DNA of 64,000 nt from Paludibacteraceae bacterium (GTDB lineage: Bacteria; Bacteroidota; Bacteroidia; Bacteroidales; Paludibacteraceae). The notes under the pieces are model-generated. The model worked only from the letters and a program-made list of their open reading frames with translations, ran no database searches and was not told the DNA's origin. This document shows, piece by piece, positions 17,148 to 27,167 of the stretch. How positions within the stretch are numbered: position 1 is the stretch's first letter; every line of letters begins with the position of its first letter. The stretch is taken from the NCBI GenBank assembly GCA_051878345.1, contig JBJEJX010000074.1, forward strand, positions 13,389 through 77,388, given 5' to 3'. Made by a program: the position numbers and the translations under genes.

Positions 17148-19475
17148 ATGAGCAAGAACTTGGTTATAGTAGAGTCTCCTGCGAAAGCAAAGACCATAGA
17201 GAAATTCTTGGGCAAGGACTATCATGTACTGTCCTCGCAGGGACATATCCGCGATATTGAGCCGCTGGGTAAGAACAGCATGGGGATTGATTTTGCAAAC
17301 GGGTACGCACCCAACTATGTGATTGACCCTAAGAAACACCACCTCGTGGACACCCTCAAAGCAGAGGTGAAGAAAGCCGACACTGTATGGCTCGCGAGCG
17401 ATGAAGACCGCGAGGGGGAAGCCATTGCATGGCACCTGAAAGAGGTGCTCGGGCTCGACAAAAAGGATACCAAACGCATTGTCTTCCACGAGATTACCAA
17501 GCAGGCCATTCAGCGAGCCATTGAGCAGCCGCGCGATATAGACTACAACCTCGTGAACGCCCAGCAGGCACGCCGCGTGCTGGACAGGATTGTGGGTTTC
17601 GAGTTGTCGCCCGTACTGTGGAAAAAGGTTACGACGGGCTTGTCGGCAGGGCGCGTACAGTCGGTGGCAGTGCGCCTGATAGTCGAGCGTGAGCGCGAGA
17701 TAGCGCAGTTCAAGAGCACGGCGCAGTACCGCGTGACGGCGGAGTTCCTCCCCGCCGGGGGACAGGGAACGCCGTTGCGGGCGGAGTTGAACCACCGTTT
17801 CAACACTTTGGAGGACGCGCGTTCTTTCTTGGAAGCATGTGCGCAGGCGCAGTACCGCGTGCGCGATGTGCAGAAAAAGAGCGGCAAACGCAGTCCCGCA
17901 CCGCCGTTCACCACCTCCACATTGCAGCAGGAGGCGGCGCGTAAGTTGAAGTTCCCCGTGTCGAAGACCATGCGCTTGGCGCAGTCGCTCTACGAGGCGG
18001 GACACATTACTTATATGCGTACCGACTCGGTGAACCTCAGCAGTCTGGCGCTCGCCACGAGCAAGCAGGAGGTGCTCGCGGAGTACGGCGAGGCGTATCA
18101 GAAAACGCGCCAGTACCACACCTCCAGCAAGGGAGCGCAAGAGGCGCACGAGGCGATTCGCCCCAGTTATATGGACAAGCGCAAGGCGGGTGCCACCGCG
18201 GATGAGCAACGGCTCTACGAACTGATATGGAAGCGCACCATTGCCTCGCAGATGGCGGATGCCGAGGTAGAGACTACCCGTGTGGAGGTAAGCATTCTCT
18301 CTCCCTCTGCGGGAGAGTCGGAGCGGGTATTCGTTGCCACGGGCGAAGTCATTACCTTCGACGGTTTTATGCGTGCCTACATACAGGGCAACGATGAGCA
18401 GGAGGAGACGGCACAGACCTTGCCGCGCGTGGCGGCGGGGGAAACCTTGCAGGCACAGGAGATGACCGCGCAGCAGACTTTCACCAAGCCTCCCTATCGC
18501 TACACCGAAGCAACGCTTGTGAAGAAGATGGAGGAACTGGGTATCGGGCGCCCCTCCACCTATGCCACTATTATTGAGACCATTCAGTCGCGCAAGTATG
18601 TGGAGAAAGGCAATGTGGAAGGAAAGAAACGCAATCTGACGATACTGACGCTGCGGCACGGAACCGTCACCGAGAAGACCAAGCAGGAGATGGCGGGCGC
18701 TGACAACCAGAAACTATTGCCGACCGATTTGGGCTGTATCACCAACGACTTCCTCGTGGCGCAGTTCCCCGAGATTCTGAGTTACGACTTCACCGCCAAC
18801 GAAGAAGCCAACTTCGACAAGATAGCCGAGGGTGACGCCGACTGGGTGAAGACGGTGGATACCTTCTATAAGGCTTTCCACCCGATGTTGGCATCCGTCC
18901 CCGCGGGCAAGATTGCGGGACGCGAGTTGGGCAAAGACCCCGAGACGGGCGAACCCGTAGTGGCGAAGATAAGCAAGATGGGACCCTGCATACAGATTGG
19001 TAGTGTGGAGTCGGACAAGGTGCGTTTTGCTTCGCTACGGAAAGGGCAGTCTATTTTCACCATTACGCTGGACGAGGCGTTGGACCTCTTCCACACTGCG
19101 CTCCCCTACACTTTGGGCGAGTTGGACGGCGAGGAAGTGGTGGTCGGCGAAGGCAAGTTCGGTCCTTATATCCGCCACAAAGGCGCGTTTGTCAGCATAC
19201 CCAAGGGCATGGACCCTCTCACTATCACGCTGGACGATGCGCAGACGCTGATTGCCAAGAAAGCGCAGGCGCAGGAACCTATACATGTGTACGGCGGGAT
19301 AGAGGTGCTGAACGGACGCTTTGGTCCCTATATCAAGGCGGACGGCAACAACTATAAGATTCCTAAAGGACAGGACGCACAATCACTTACCGAGGAGGAC
19401 TGCCGCGAGATTATCGCCAATTCCGCACCTACAGGCGGCGGAAAACGTGCTTTTTCGAGAAAAAAAGCAAAATAA
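17148..19475 (+). CDS. topA: DNA topoisomerase I
   Basis: Start moved to ATG 17148 (MSKNLVIVESPAKAKTIEKFLG), which opens the Toprim domain. The active-site region ITYMRTDS is present. Confidence 0.95.
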   Translation: MSKNLVIVESPAKAKTIEKFLGKDYHVLSSQGHIRDIEPLGKNSMGIDFANGYAPNYVIDPKKHHLVDTLKAEVKKADTVWLASDEDREGEAIAWHLKEVLGLDKKDTKRIVFHEITKQAIQRAIEQPRDIDYNLVNAQQARRVLDRIVGFELSPVLWKKVTTGLSAGRVQSVAVRLIVEREREIAQFKSTAQYRVTAEFLPAGGQGTPLRAELNHRFNTLEDARSFLEACAQAQYRVRDVQKKSGKRSPAPPFTTSTLQQEAARKLKFPVSKTMRLAQSLYEAGHITYMRTDSVNLSSLALATSKQEVLAEYGEAYQKTRQYHTSSKGAQEAHEAIRPSYMDKRKAGATADEQRLYELIWKRTIASQMADAEVETTRVEVSILSPSAGESERVFVATGEVITFDGFMRAYIQGNDEQEETAQTLPRVAAGETLQAQEMTAQQTFTKPPYRYTEATLVKKMEELGIGRPSTYATIIETIQSRKYVEKGNVEGKKRNLTILTLRHGTVTEKTKQEMAGADNQKLLPTDLGCITNDFLVAQFPEILSYDFTANEEANFDKIAEGDADWVKTVDTFYKAFHPMLASVPAGKIAGRELGKDPETGEPVVAKISKMGPCIQIGSVESDKVRFASLRKGQSIFTITLDEALDLFHTALPYTLGELDGEEVVVGEGKFGPYIRHKGAFVSIPKGMDPLTITLDDAQTLIAKKAQAQEPIHVYGGIEVLNGRFGPYIKADGNNYKIPKGQDAQSLTEEDCREIIANSAPTGGGKRAFSRKKAK

Positions 19476-19507
19476 TTTGCATATTTAAAAAAAAAGCAGT
19501 ACCTTTG
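19476..19507 (+). promoter_or_regulatory. Promoter upstream of tRNA-Pro (-33 TTTG, -7 TACCTTTG)
   Basis: TTTG at 19476-19479 and TACCTTTG at 19500-19507, leaving a ~155-nt leader before the tRNA. Confidence 0.6.
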
Positions 19508-19539
19508 CACCCGCTTTTTAGGCGTAGTTGTCGTATTGG

Positions 19540-21270
19540 TTATCTTTTGTTGAGCGTTGTTATGTTCATTGTTTGTGCACAGGATATGTGTGCGGAACGT
19601 AGAAATGACGAACAATAATCGGTGGGTATGAAATGAAGAACGGCAACTGACGAATACAAAGTGCGAGAAGTAGCGCAGTTGGTAGCGCACCACGTTCGGG
19701 ACGTGGGGGTCGGGCGTTCGAGTCGCCTCTTCTCGACATACGGCGATTCCGAGAAATCGGAGTCGCTTTTTTCATTACTATCACCACTGTATTTCGCTGA
19801 TAATCTTGAAGATACACGAAATACCTCATTTACTACAGGTGTTCGATAATTCATATTTTTTTTATTATAGAACACTCCTTCTGGGAATATCAGCTCTTGC
19901 AATTTCTGTCGACCATGAAAATCTAACTCTTTCCAGCAATCTTCTAATCTACAAGCCATTAGCTCTGCAAACTCAGCCATCTTCTTGGTGTTCGATAGTG
20001 ATTCCTCCACTTCCTCCAGTTGTAATTGAATTTTGTTCTTCTCATCCGTCAATTTTTTTATTGCGATATTATATGTGTTTTGGTTAATATCGCCGATGGC
20101 AAACCTATATTCTACATTTTCTATTTGCGTTTCTATTTCTGTTAGATTCCTTTTGACTAAAGCACTATTTTGGGCTTTGGCACTATAATACTGTGTCATC
20201 TCATTATTGATAATCTCATTAACAATTGGAAATAATTCAATCTTGATTTGATACTGTGCTAATAATGTTTCATAATTTTCATGTAATTCCTTGGCGGATA
20301 TGTTTGCACAGCACCCCTTGGTATTACATTTGTAGTAATAATACGTTTTGTTTTGTCTGGAACGTGTATAACCAGTTAATGCCCCTCCGCAATCTTCACA
20401 AAATACATGCCTCTTCAGGGGGAAGGGTATTGTTTCTTTAGCCTGCGTATAGCCTATATGAGCTGCTGAATTTACTTGCTCAAAAGTAAGTTTATCAATA
20501 ATAGCCTCATGATTTCCTTGGATAATAGCCCCATCGCCCAACCTGGGATGAACTATCAATCCACAATAGAAAGGATTTTTTAAGATTTTGTTCAAATGTT
20601 TTGCTGTAACAGTTAATCCTATTGAATGTAATTTATTAACAATTTCCACTTCCCTTATTCCTTGCGCGCGCCAAATCCATGCTTTTTTTAAGATTTCGCC
20701 TTCTGGAGTAATACTAATCGTTGTAACTCCACCTATTTTTTTTCTTTCATAACCTAATGGAAGTTGAAACGGCCAGTTCCCTCTTTCTAATTGTGCTTGC
20801 TGTCCTTGCCTAATCTTATCGGTTCGCATAGCATTATCAAAATTCCCGAGTAGTAAAGAAAGATTCTCAACAAAGTCCCCAACTGAAGAATCTGGATCCG
20901 AGGCTTGAGTTGCCGAAATTACATATATTCCGTTTGCTTTCAATTTAGTTTTTGTTACAATTGCTTCGTTTGCACGGCTAAACCTATCAAAGGAATATAC
21001 AAGTATTATATTTACTTCTTTGTCTTTCAACGCCAATTGAATCATCTCTTTGTATAATTCACCTTCCGTCTTACCGCTTTCGTGCTGTCCCCCACAATAA
21101 TACTTAATATAAATACCATTATCAGCGGCATATTGTTCACAACGCTCCTTTTGAGTATTAAGAGAGCAATTCTCCTTTTCTTGTCTCTCACTAGATACTC
21201 GTGTCCAAACTATAGCCACTTTTCTAACTAATTTGCTGTATTGTATAGTTTCTCTTCTAACTTTGCTCAT
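19540..21270 (-). CDS. Large serine recombinase (native C-terminus probably near 19775; ORF runs on through host DNA)
   Basis: Resolvase catalytic N-terminus (VAIVWTRVSSERQ, SFDRFSR), recombinase domain, Cys-rich zinc ribbon (CEDCGG...YYKCNTKGC) and coiled coil. The last ~75 codons are antisense to the tRNA-Pro terminator, the tRNA and its leader. Confidence 0.85.
   Translation of the reverse strand: MSKVRRETIQYSKLVRKVAIVWTRVSSERQEKENCSLNTQKERCEQYAADNGIYIKYYCGGQHESGKTEGELYKEMIQLALKDKEVNIILVYSFDRFSRANEAIVTKTKLKANGIYVISATQASDPDSSVGDFVENLSLLLGNFDNAMRTDKIRQGQQAQLERGNWPFQLPLGYERKKIGGVTTISITPEGEILKKAWIWRAQGIREVEIVNKLHSIGLTVTAKHLNKILKNPFYCGLIVHPRLGDGAIIQGNHEAIIDKLTFEQVNSAAHIGYTQAKETIPFPLKRHVFCEDCGGALTGYTRSRQNKTYYYYKCNTKGCCANISAKELHENYETLLAQYQIKIELFPIVNEIINNEMTQYYSAKAQNSALVKRNLTEIETQIENVEYRFAIGDINQNTYNIAIKKLTDEKNKIQLQLEEVEESLSNTKKMAEFAELMACRLEDCWKELDFHGRQKLQELIFPEGVFYNKKNMNYRTPVVNEVFRVSSRLSAKYSGDSNEKSDSDFSESPYVEKRRLERPTPTSRTWCATNCATSRTLYSSVAVLHFIPTDYCSSFLRSAHISCAQTMNITTLNKR
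19664..19736 (+). tRNA. tRNA-Pro (anticodon CGG)
   Basis: Hand-folded cloverleaf. Acceptor CGAGAAG/CTTCTCG, D arm GCGC-AGTTGGTA-GCGC, anticodon arm CCACG-TTCGGGA-CGTGG, T arm GGGCG-TTCGAGT-CGCCT, discriminator A. Total 73 nt. Confidence 0.85.
19743..19772 (+). terminator. Intrinsic terminator after tRNA-Pro
   Basis: gcgattccga-gaaa-tcggagtcgc followed by tttttt. Confidence 0.7.
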
Positions 21271-21629
21271 GTTTACCTATCTTTTTTTGCCATAGATCAC
21301 AGACAATTATAGCATACAGATACAAAGAACTTAATACCCTTTGTTGCTCATCAGAATCTGTGATACCTGCTTTTAATAATAGATTGTTATACTTCTTATT
21401 ATCCAACATACAACACGACCATTATTTTCGTGCTGTGGGTTAGAAAACTGGTAGCAATGTTCATATAATATATCCTCATAGTAATACTGTTATTTGTGAG
21501 CAAATATAGGACTTTTATTTGAAATAAGAAATAGCTATGAATAATTTTTTTGAACAATAATGAAAATAAATAGGATATTTGTAATTGTTATCCGTTTTTT
21601 TTAGAACAGCAAAACAAATTTCTGCCTAA

Positions 21630-22280
21630 TCAGATTCTTTCAAAGATTTTTTTGACACGTTGAACTGTAGAAATTCCTTTACCAGTAATTTTTGCAACAT
21701 CACGTATTGACATACCTTTTTTAAGATAGCCAATAATATCCTCATGCTTCCGTATCACTTCCTCTCTACTCATTGTTGAACCCTTTCGCCTCCCGACAAC
21801 TTTCTCACCCTGATGTTGAGCTCTAAAATTATCATATCCGCTTTTTAATCTAAATTGAATACTCTCCCGCTCTATTTGTGCGCATGTAGATAGAGTAGCC
21901 AGCATGATGGGAGCAAAGACACTTGGCTTACCCTCGTCATCAAGCAATAAAAAATGTTCTTTTTGTAGGTATAGATTAATTTTATAATCCACAAACGCTT
22001 TCACAGTTTGGAGGACGTCAAAAGCGGAATGTCCTATTCTGCTTAATTCTGAACAAAGACAAATGTCTATGTTATTTTCTATGGCATACTCCATCGCTGT
22101 TCTCAGCACAACTCGATCTTGATTTTGTTTCCCGCCAGAAATATACTCTTCAAAAACACTCCTCACTTCATAGCCCATACTCATGGCATAGTGTTGCAAA
22201 TCCAACACCTGTCTATCTGTAGATTGTCGATTTCTCTCAATAGAGGACGAAACTCTTGCATAAATAATAGCCGTTTTCAT
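21630..22280 (-). CDS. Small serine recombinase (resolvase/invertase family) with C-terminal HTH
   Basis: 216 aa with the MKTAIIYARVSSS catalytic-Ser motif and the C-terminal HTH MSIRDVAKITGKGISTVQRV. Confidence 0.85.
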   Translation of the reverse strand: MKTAIIYARVSSSIERNRQSTDRQVLDLQHYAMSMGYEVRSVFEEYISGGKQNQDRVVLRTAMEYAIENNIDICLCSELSRIGHSAFDVLQTVKAFVDYKINLYLQKEHFLLLDDEGKPSVFAPIMLATLSTCAQIERESIQFRLKSGYDNFRAQHQGEKVVGRRKGSTMSREEVIRKHEDIIGYLKKGMSIRDVAKITGKGISTVQRVKKIFERI

Positions 22281-22683
22281 AATATGTTTTTATGTTCAAA
22301 TAATCCAACGAGTACAACTAAAACAGTATATTCTTATGTCCAATCAAGATTTTTTGAATACACATTTTTCTTGAATACACTTGCTTCTTACCAACGATAC
22401 AAAGTTACAAAAAATTATTGACATATGCAACTGGATATGTTTTAGAATCAATCTTTTTAAGTTATTTTTTCATCTTTCTTCGAAAATACAGGCATACACG
22501 AAAACAGGTGATAATTTTCAAAATAACGTCATAAAGAAAAAGAAACTCTTTTGAGTCTCTCGGATGGCTTCTATTACTTATTTGTTGAATTAGCACTCCT
22601 ATCTTGTAGGAATGGTCAGCAAACGATTCATGTAGTGAGAGTTTGTGAAAAGGCCTAATTGGAACTACCAAATTGCCATATTT

Positions 22684-23139
22684 TTAACATTCAGCCTTCT
22701 CTTTTCTTAACTTCATAAAAAACATAATAGCTATTATCAGCGCCATACACAGCGGCAGGGAGAGGAATACGGAGAAGTACCATAGTATGTCCACCCATAG
22801 CTTGGCATGGTTCACCTTGACGAGCCCGTCGGCGTTTATGTAGCGGTATTCGTTGATAGTCAGGGGATAGCCGTAGTTGTTGACCATCGCATTGTCGTAG
22901 ATTCTTACGGACTTGCCTGTTGTATCGGTGTATATGCCCGACTCAGGGAACTCGGTCTCCGCCCACGCTGAGTCGGAGGTAGTGAGCATCTTCCAGTCGC
23001 GCTGTAGGTGGGCATACTGTTCTTCCCAAGGGCTCGTAGCAAAACGATGGTACTGCGCATCGTAGTAGGAGCAACTCGTGAACAATGCGATTATCATCCC
23101 AACTTGAAGGGACACCAGAAAAAAAATCATTCTTTTCAT
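22684..23139 (-). CDS. Hypothetical lipoprotein with C-terminal TM helix
   Basis: 151 aa with signal peptide and lipobox (IIALFTSC) and a hydrophobic C-terminal segment. Confidence 0.55.
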   Translation of the reverse strand: MKRMIFFLVSLQVGMIIALFTSCSYYDAQYHRFATSPWEEQYAHLQRDWKMLTTSDSAWAETEFPESGIYTDTTGKSVRIYDNAMVNNYGYPLTINEYRYINADGLVKVNHAKLWVDILWYFSVFLSLPLCMALIIAIMFFMKLRKEKAEC

Positions 23140-23185
23140 ACGCTATTTTAAGGCAATGATATACAAGTTGACCAACAATTCAAAA

Positions 23186-23283
23186 TTGAGTTATGTCGCC
23201 CCGTTGGGGCTTACTTTAGGGGGGGGACTTCCCCACGTAGGGACGAGTCCCTACGCTGTTTTATGTCGCCCCTTCGGGGCTTT
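23186..23283 (-). repeat. Triple-hairpin element, copy B
   Basis: gccccgttggggc, cgtagggacgagtccctacg and gccccttcggggc hairpins. The reverse complement aligns with 11331-11425. Confidence 0.75.
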
Positions 23284-23880
23284 CGTTCTCTTCCATATCC
23301 TCTCGCGCAAAAGACAAAGTATTTTCCGTAGGGTCGGAGGGTGGCAGGTGATATGTAGTTTCTTGGATGCCGTTGTGGACTCACCTATCACGTTCAGCGT
23401 GAAAGTCTTATTGCGCCAAATACGAACGGATAGGCTTGTTTCACCATGCAGTTGGCTTTTCGAGATGCCATGGATGGCACATTCGCCGTTTTTTGTTTTC
23501 CACGAAAGACGGATGATATCTCCCCACTCCACTTCCGTTTTATCTGCCTCAAATGAGTAGATATACGCATCGTTGTTACCCAAGCGATAGGTATATTTTC
23601 GGTATCCGGCGGATGAACAGAAATAGAGCACAATATCTTCCTGACCGCCCCCGATAGGTATCTCCTTTTGCTTATTGGTTGTGAGATAAAATGTTCTTTC
23701 TCCACATACCGCAAATGCTGAGCGTATATTGGTACCATTCCAACGGAGAATAGCATTCGTTTTCGGCGCACCGTTCAGGTTTTCCCATGCTATGGACACG
23801 ACAGGCCATGTTGCACCACAAACCTCACATATCGCAGATGCATCATTGTTTGTTGATTCACAATGTTTACATGTCCACAT
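23251..23880 (-). CDS. Zinc-ribbon protein with beta-rich C-terminal repeats
   Basis: 209 aa with C4-x2-C7-x10-C18-x2-C21 at the N-terminus. Starts 11 nt downstream of the kinase gene. Its 3' end overlaps repeat copy B. Confidence 0.6.
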   Translation of the reverse strand: MWTCKHCESTNNDASAICEVCGATWPVVSIAWENLNGAPKTNAILRWNGTNIRSAFAVCGERTFYLTTNKQKEIPIGGGQEDIVLYFCSSAGYRKYTYRLGNNDAYIYSFEADKTEVEWGDIIRLSWKTKNGECAIHGISKSQLHGETSLSVRIWRNKTFTLNVIGESTTASKKLHITCHPPTLRKILCLLRERIWKRTKAPKGRHKTA

Positions 23881-23891
23881 TGCTTTCGCAT

Positions 23892-25124
23892 TTATTTGAT
23901 GAGAGTTCCTTTTAATTTCGGTTTTACAGATGCTTCAGCGGCAGAAGCCGAAGATGATTTTACCTTTAGTGAATGCTTATCCGGCTCTACGTGTTCTGGC
24001 TTATCCAGCGGCTTATCTATTTCTGACTCTTTCGATGAAGTAAGTACTGCATCAGAAGCATCTTTACGCAACTTTAAGACCAGCGACTTTGGCAATTTCA
24101 AGCGTGGAAACACAACCGGCAGTGATTTGTTTCCTTTGGGCTTGCGTTCTTCTTCTGTCATGGTAGCATAGTCAGGACGAGGGCATCGAGCGTCTTGCTT
24201 AGCGGGAACAGGCACTCTGGAGATGTCTATCTTCTTCAGTTCATTAAACACTTGCAGAATATTCGGTCGATGATTCGGATCCTTCTCAAGCATAGATACC
24301 AAAAGAGATTTTACGCCTCTTGTTATATTCTCGCTATAAGGGATTCCGACCGATTCTCCGGCATTGGTTGCCGCATAGGTATATATGTACTTGGATTTGT
24401 CGAATAAGGGTCTCTCGCCGCTGAGATATTCGCAGAAGATGATGCCGAGTGAATAAATATCCGCTTTTGTGGTTAACACACTGCCGGGGAGCTGTTCCTC
24501 TTCATCGGATATATAGTCAAATACTTCGGGTGCGTAATACTCAGGAGTGCCGACAACAGCCTGTCGGTCGGCAGGAGGAGCGGCTTCGAAATAGGAGTCA
24601 TCGAAATCAATCAGTTTGGTGGTATAAATACCTGATGCTGTTTTCTTGATGAGTATATTCTCCGGTTTCAAATCTCCGTGTACAATGTGGTTATTGTGAA
24701 GAATACGGAGGCTGGAAGCAAGGCTCCTCAAGATGATAATAATTTCTTTGAAAGACAGTTTCGCCACTTCTTTCGGGTTCATGGTAGTGGTGTCCACCCA
24801 CTCACTAATCTTGTAGTAGGAAGTATCATGGAGCATCAGTTCTTTCGCGCAGACAAGGTTGCTTCCCTCGGAGCATGCCGCATTGGTAATCCTCATTATG
24901 TTGCGTTGATGCGCTTCGAACTCAACGCACATATTCCGCTTATATGCTTTTGTTTTCTCACTTCCCGGGCTATCCGCAGTCGGATATTTGGGAGAGAGAA
25001 ACTCTTTTATGAACCAACGTTTCCCGTCTTTGGTTGCCGAAGTTATTCTGCTCCGTCCTCCGGCGACCCGAAAATCTGCTTCGAGCAAGTAGCGTCCAAG
25101 ATATTTTCCTTTTCCAAGTGTCAT
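23892..25124 (-). CDS. Ser/Thr protein kinase (Hanks type) with low-complexity C-terminal tail
   Basis: 410 aa with WFIKEF (Lys), HGDLKPENIL, IDFDDS and GTPEYYAPE. Confidence 0.85.
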   Translation of the reverse strand: MTLGKGKYLGRYLLEADFRVAGGRSRITSATKDGKRWFIKEFLSPKYPTADSPGSEKTKAYKRNMCVEFEAHQRNIMRITNAACSEGSNLVCAKELMLHDTSYYKISEWVDTTTMNPKEVAKLSFKEIIIILRSLASSLRILHNNHIVHGDLKPENILIKKTASGIYTTKLIDFDDSYFEAAPPADRQAVVGTPEYYAPEVFDYISDEEEQLPGSVLTTKADIYSLGIIFCEYLSGERPLFDKSKYIYTYAATNAGESVGIPYSENITRGVKSLLVSMLEKDPNHRPNILQVFNELKKIDISRVPVPAKQDARCPRPDYATMTEEERKPKGNKSLPVVFPRLKLPKSLVLKLRKDASDAVLTSSKESEIDKPLDKPEHVEPDKHSLKVKSSSASAAEASVKPKLKGTLIK

Positions 25125-25156
25125 ACCAAGTAGGAATTTATAGTTTTATCGGTTTG

Positions 25157-26185
25157 TCAGTTCTCTGAGCCAAGCAGCAGTTCTGCCCCTTCCTTATAGG
25201 CATTCCATATCGTATCCATTGCTTTGGGGAGTTCGTTCATCTGCGATTGATAGAGCTCGTATGGTCGGATAAACGCTTTCATTAGACATTGATGCCGTTT
25301 TACGAGTGCTTTTTTCCAATCCTCGAACGATAATCCAATCATGGTGATGGCGAAGGAGTAGTCATCGCCTGATATATCCAACAGCATGTTATCCATATGG
25401 TTTACCCAATCGTGTACATTGTCGGACATATACAACGTGTCGAGCAGCAGTTTTTCGAAATGCATCGGTGTCATCACATACCCGAAACATCCGTCTCTGC
25501 ATGATATGAGAATCACCGGCGCATCGGACAAGAATTGTAACTTGCTGATATAAAACGAGTCGCTTTGAGAAATAGCATTGCTCAAAGGCGGGTCGTTATG
25601 CAAATTGAATAAGGCATCTCCTCCCCCTCTGACATGGTCTTGCGAGGCTTGCAACAGCCCTTCTTCGCGTAAAATATAGTTACGCGAATCACCAGCCCAG
25701 TAACTATAGATATCTATGCCGCCTTTGCTCGTAGCCCACGACATCATCGCCATGGTGGTGGGCAAGATTTTGGACATCGTGGATCGGAGTTTTGACGGAA
25801 CGATATGTAGGTCTTCTTTGATATTCTCCATCGCAGCCTTAATGGTATTCTCTAAGGAGGTTGTATCAAAGTTCATGCCGTTACCACTATTCTCTTCCGC
25901 GAACGCCAACGTAGTTTCCCTAACGAGACGGGAGGCAATATATGCGTCTGTATGTATTTCTCCTGCTGGCAATGTTCTTATGGCACTTCCGGCGCCCCCC
26001 ATTCCGTCAAACGTAGCCAAAACGCCACAGGAGAAATCCGAAGAGAGCCATAGGATCGGATCGGCATCTTCTCCGGCATTTTCTTTTCGGGCATGATTTT
26101 TCGAGTCCGAGAGCACCTTGGTTACATCCGACATTGATAGTCCCGACCTGTCGGGACGACAAACAGAATAAGCAGATAGTATCAT
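25157..26185 (-). CDS. PP2C-family protein phosphatase-like protein
   Basis: 342 aa with FDGMGGAGSA, YWAGDSRNYILRE, QDH and SCRDGCFGY. The start may instead be the internal Met at 26134. Confidence 0.7.
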   Translation of the reverse strand: MILSAYSVCRPDRSGLSMSDVTKVLSDSKNHARKENAGEDADPILWLSSDFSCGVLATFDGMGGAGSAIRTLPAGEIHTDAYIASRLVRETTLAFAEENSGNGMNFDTTSLENTIKAAMENIKEDLHIVPSKLRSTMSKILPTTMAMMSWATSKGGIDIYSYWAGDSRNYILREEGLLQASQDHVRGGGDALFNLHNDPPLSNAISQSDSFYISKLQFLSDAPVILISCRDGCFGYVMTPMHFEKLLLDTLYMSDNVHDWVNHMDNMLLDISGDDYSFAITMIGLSFEDWKKALVKRHQCLMKAFIRPYELYQSQMNELPKAMDTIWNAYKEGAELLLGSEN

Positions 26186-26200
26186 GTCTCAGCATCCCCA

Positions 26201-26926
26201 TTAAATAGAGTTCATAATTGCATCCAAGATTTGGGTGTAGTCCGTATCGGACAATCCATCTCCTGCTTTAGCGGGCCAGTGGGTTACCTCGTTCCATGTG
26301 GAGGAAATAGTTGACCAAACTTCACATTCGGGTGCAAACAGACACAGTCGCTTGGAACTTTTCGGCATAAGTGCGCCTTGAGGCGCATCCCACATATCGG
26401 TGAGCTCGTCCATATCTTTCGGCATTTCGGACGGGTATTTTGCTCCGGCGAACTCACGTCCTTCCTCAAACGTTAGTGGAGTCACATCGGTGAAGAGCAC
26501 AATAATGTGTCGCCGTTTGTTTCCTCCCATGTCCCAATCGGAACGCATGGCTTCAGTCAATGCTTCCAATCCGTTTTCACGCCAACCTTGCGAAGAAGAC
26601 ATTGAGCCTCCCTTAGCATCCAGATGGTCCACATACGCTTTGAGCTGCCCTTCTTCGTTTTCCATTTGTTCTTCATTGCTCAGAACAAAGAACTCAGATT
26701 TTTTTAACGCATCTTGATTATCGTATTCAAAATTTTTGAAACTGATAACTCGAATACGCAGTTGGCTCACCGATTTCCCTTTCTCGTTAGCCACACGAAC
26801 TAAGTCGGGATAGAAACGGAGGATGTTTTCCTTAACCGTACTAAGGAGCGAACCCATAGAACCTGTGGTGTCCACCACAAAAACAATGTCAACGTGGTAC
26901 TTAAGACCAAAATTATTTTCTGCCAT
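26201..26926 (-). CDS. von Willebrand factor A domain protein (TerY-like)
   Basis: 241 aa. MIDAS-like VDIVFVVDTTGSMGS with a later LFTD strand. Confidence 0.75.
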   Translation of the reverse strand: MAENNFGLKYHVDIVFVVDTTGSMGSLLSTVKENILRFYPDLVRVANEKGKSVSQLRIRVISFKNFEYDNQDALKKSEFFVLSNEEQMENEEGQLKAYVDHLDAKGGSMSSSQGWRENGLEALTEAMRSDWDMGGNKRRHIIVLFTDVTPLTFEEGREFAGAKYPSEMPKDMDELTDMWDAPQGALMPKSSKRLCLFAPECEVWSTISSTWNEVTHWPAKAGDGLSDTDYTQILDAIMNSI

Positions 26927-26945
26927 ATTAGTAAAAATTTAAGTA

Positions 26946-27167
26946 TTATAAATCTATCCATTCATCCTCTGCTGACTCAGCAGAGTGTGTTTTCGGCTGA
27001 TGCTTTGCCGCAGCAGGTGGTATCTCATCCGTTGTTTCAATGGGTGTTTCGGCTGCTGCTCTGCCGGCAAAATAGGCATTGTATTCCCGAACGAAACTAT
27101 CGGGAAACATCTCGCGGTCTATCTCTTCATCAGTTACGTACCTAAGGTCCTTATAGTCTTCTTCCAT
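26946..27167 (-). CDS. Small acidic hypothetical protein
   Basis: 73-aa ORF packed between operon genes, overlapping the upstream ORF by 17 nt. No recognisable motif. Confidence 0.45.
   Translation of the reverse strand: MEEDYKDLRYVTDEEIDREMFPDSFVREYNAYFAGRAAAETPIETTDEIPPAAAKHQPKTHSAESAEDEWIDL

Noticed and set aside
21257-21409. A 50-aa minus-strand ORF (MLDNKKYNNLLLKAGITDSDEQQRV...) overlapping the start of the large recombinase, considered as a possible directionality factor.
   Set aside because: It is too short and has no recognisable motif. It cannot be supported from sequence alone.
22462-22671. A 69-aa minus-strand ORF between the resolvase and the lipoprotein gene.
   Set aside because: It lies in an AT-rich intergenic region, has no motif and has no coupling to its neighbours. 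It is probably spurious.
23186-23283. A possible mini-CRISPR, with two ttatgtcgcccc-N4-ggggctt repeats about 73 nt apart.
   Set aside because: The sequence between the repeats is itself conserved at the second locus (11331-11425). There are only two repeats and no cas genes in the window.
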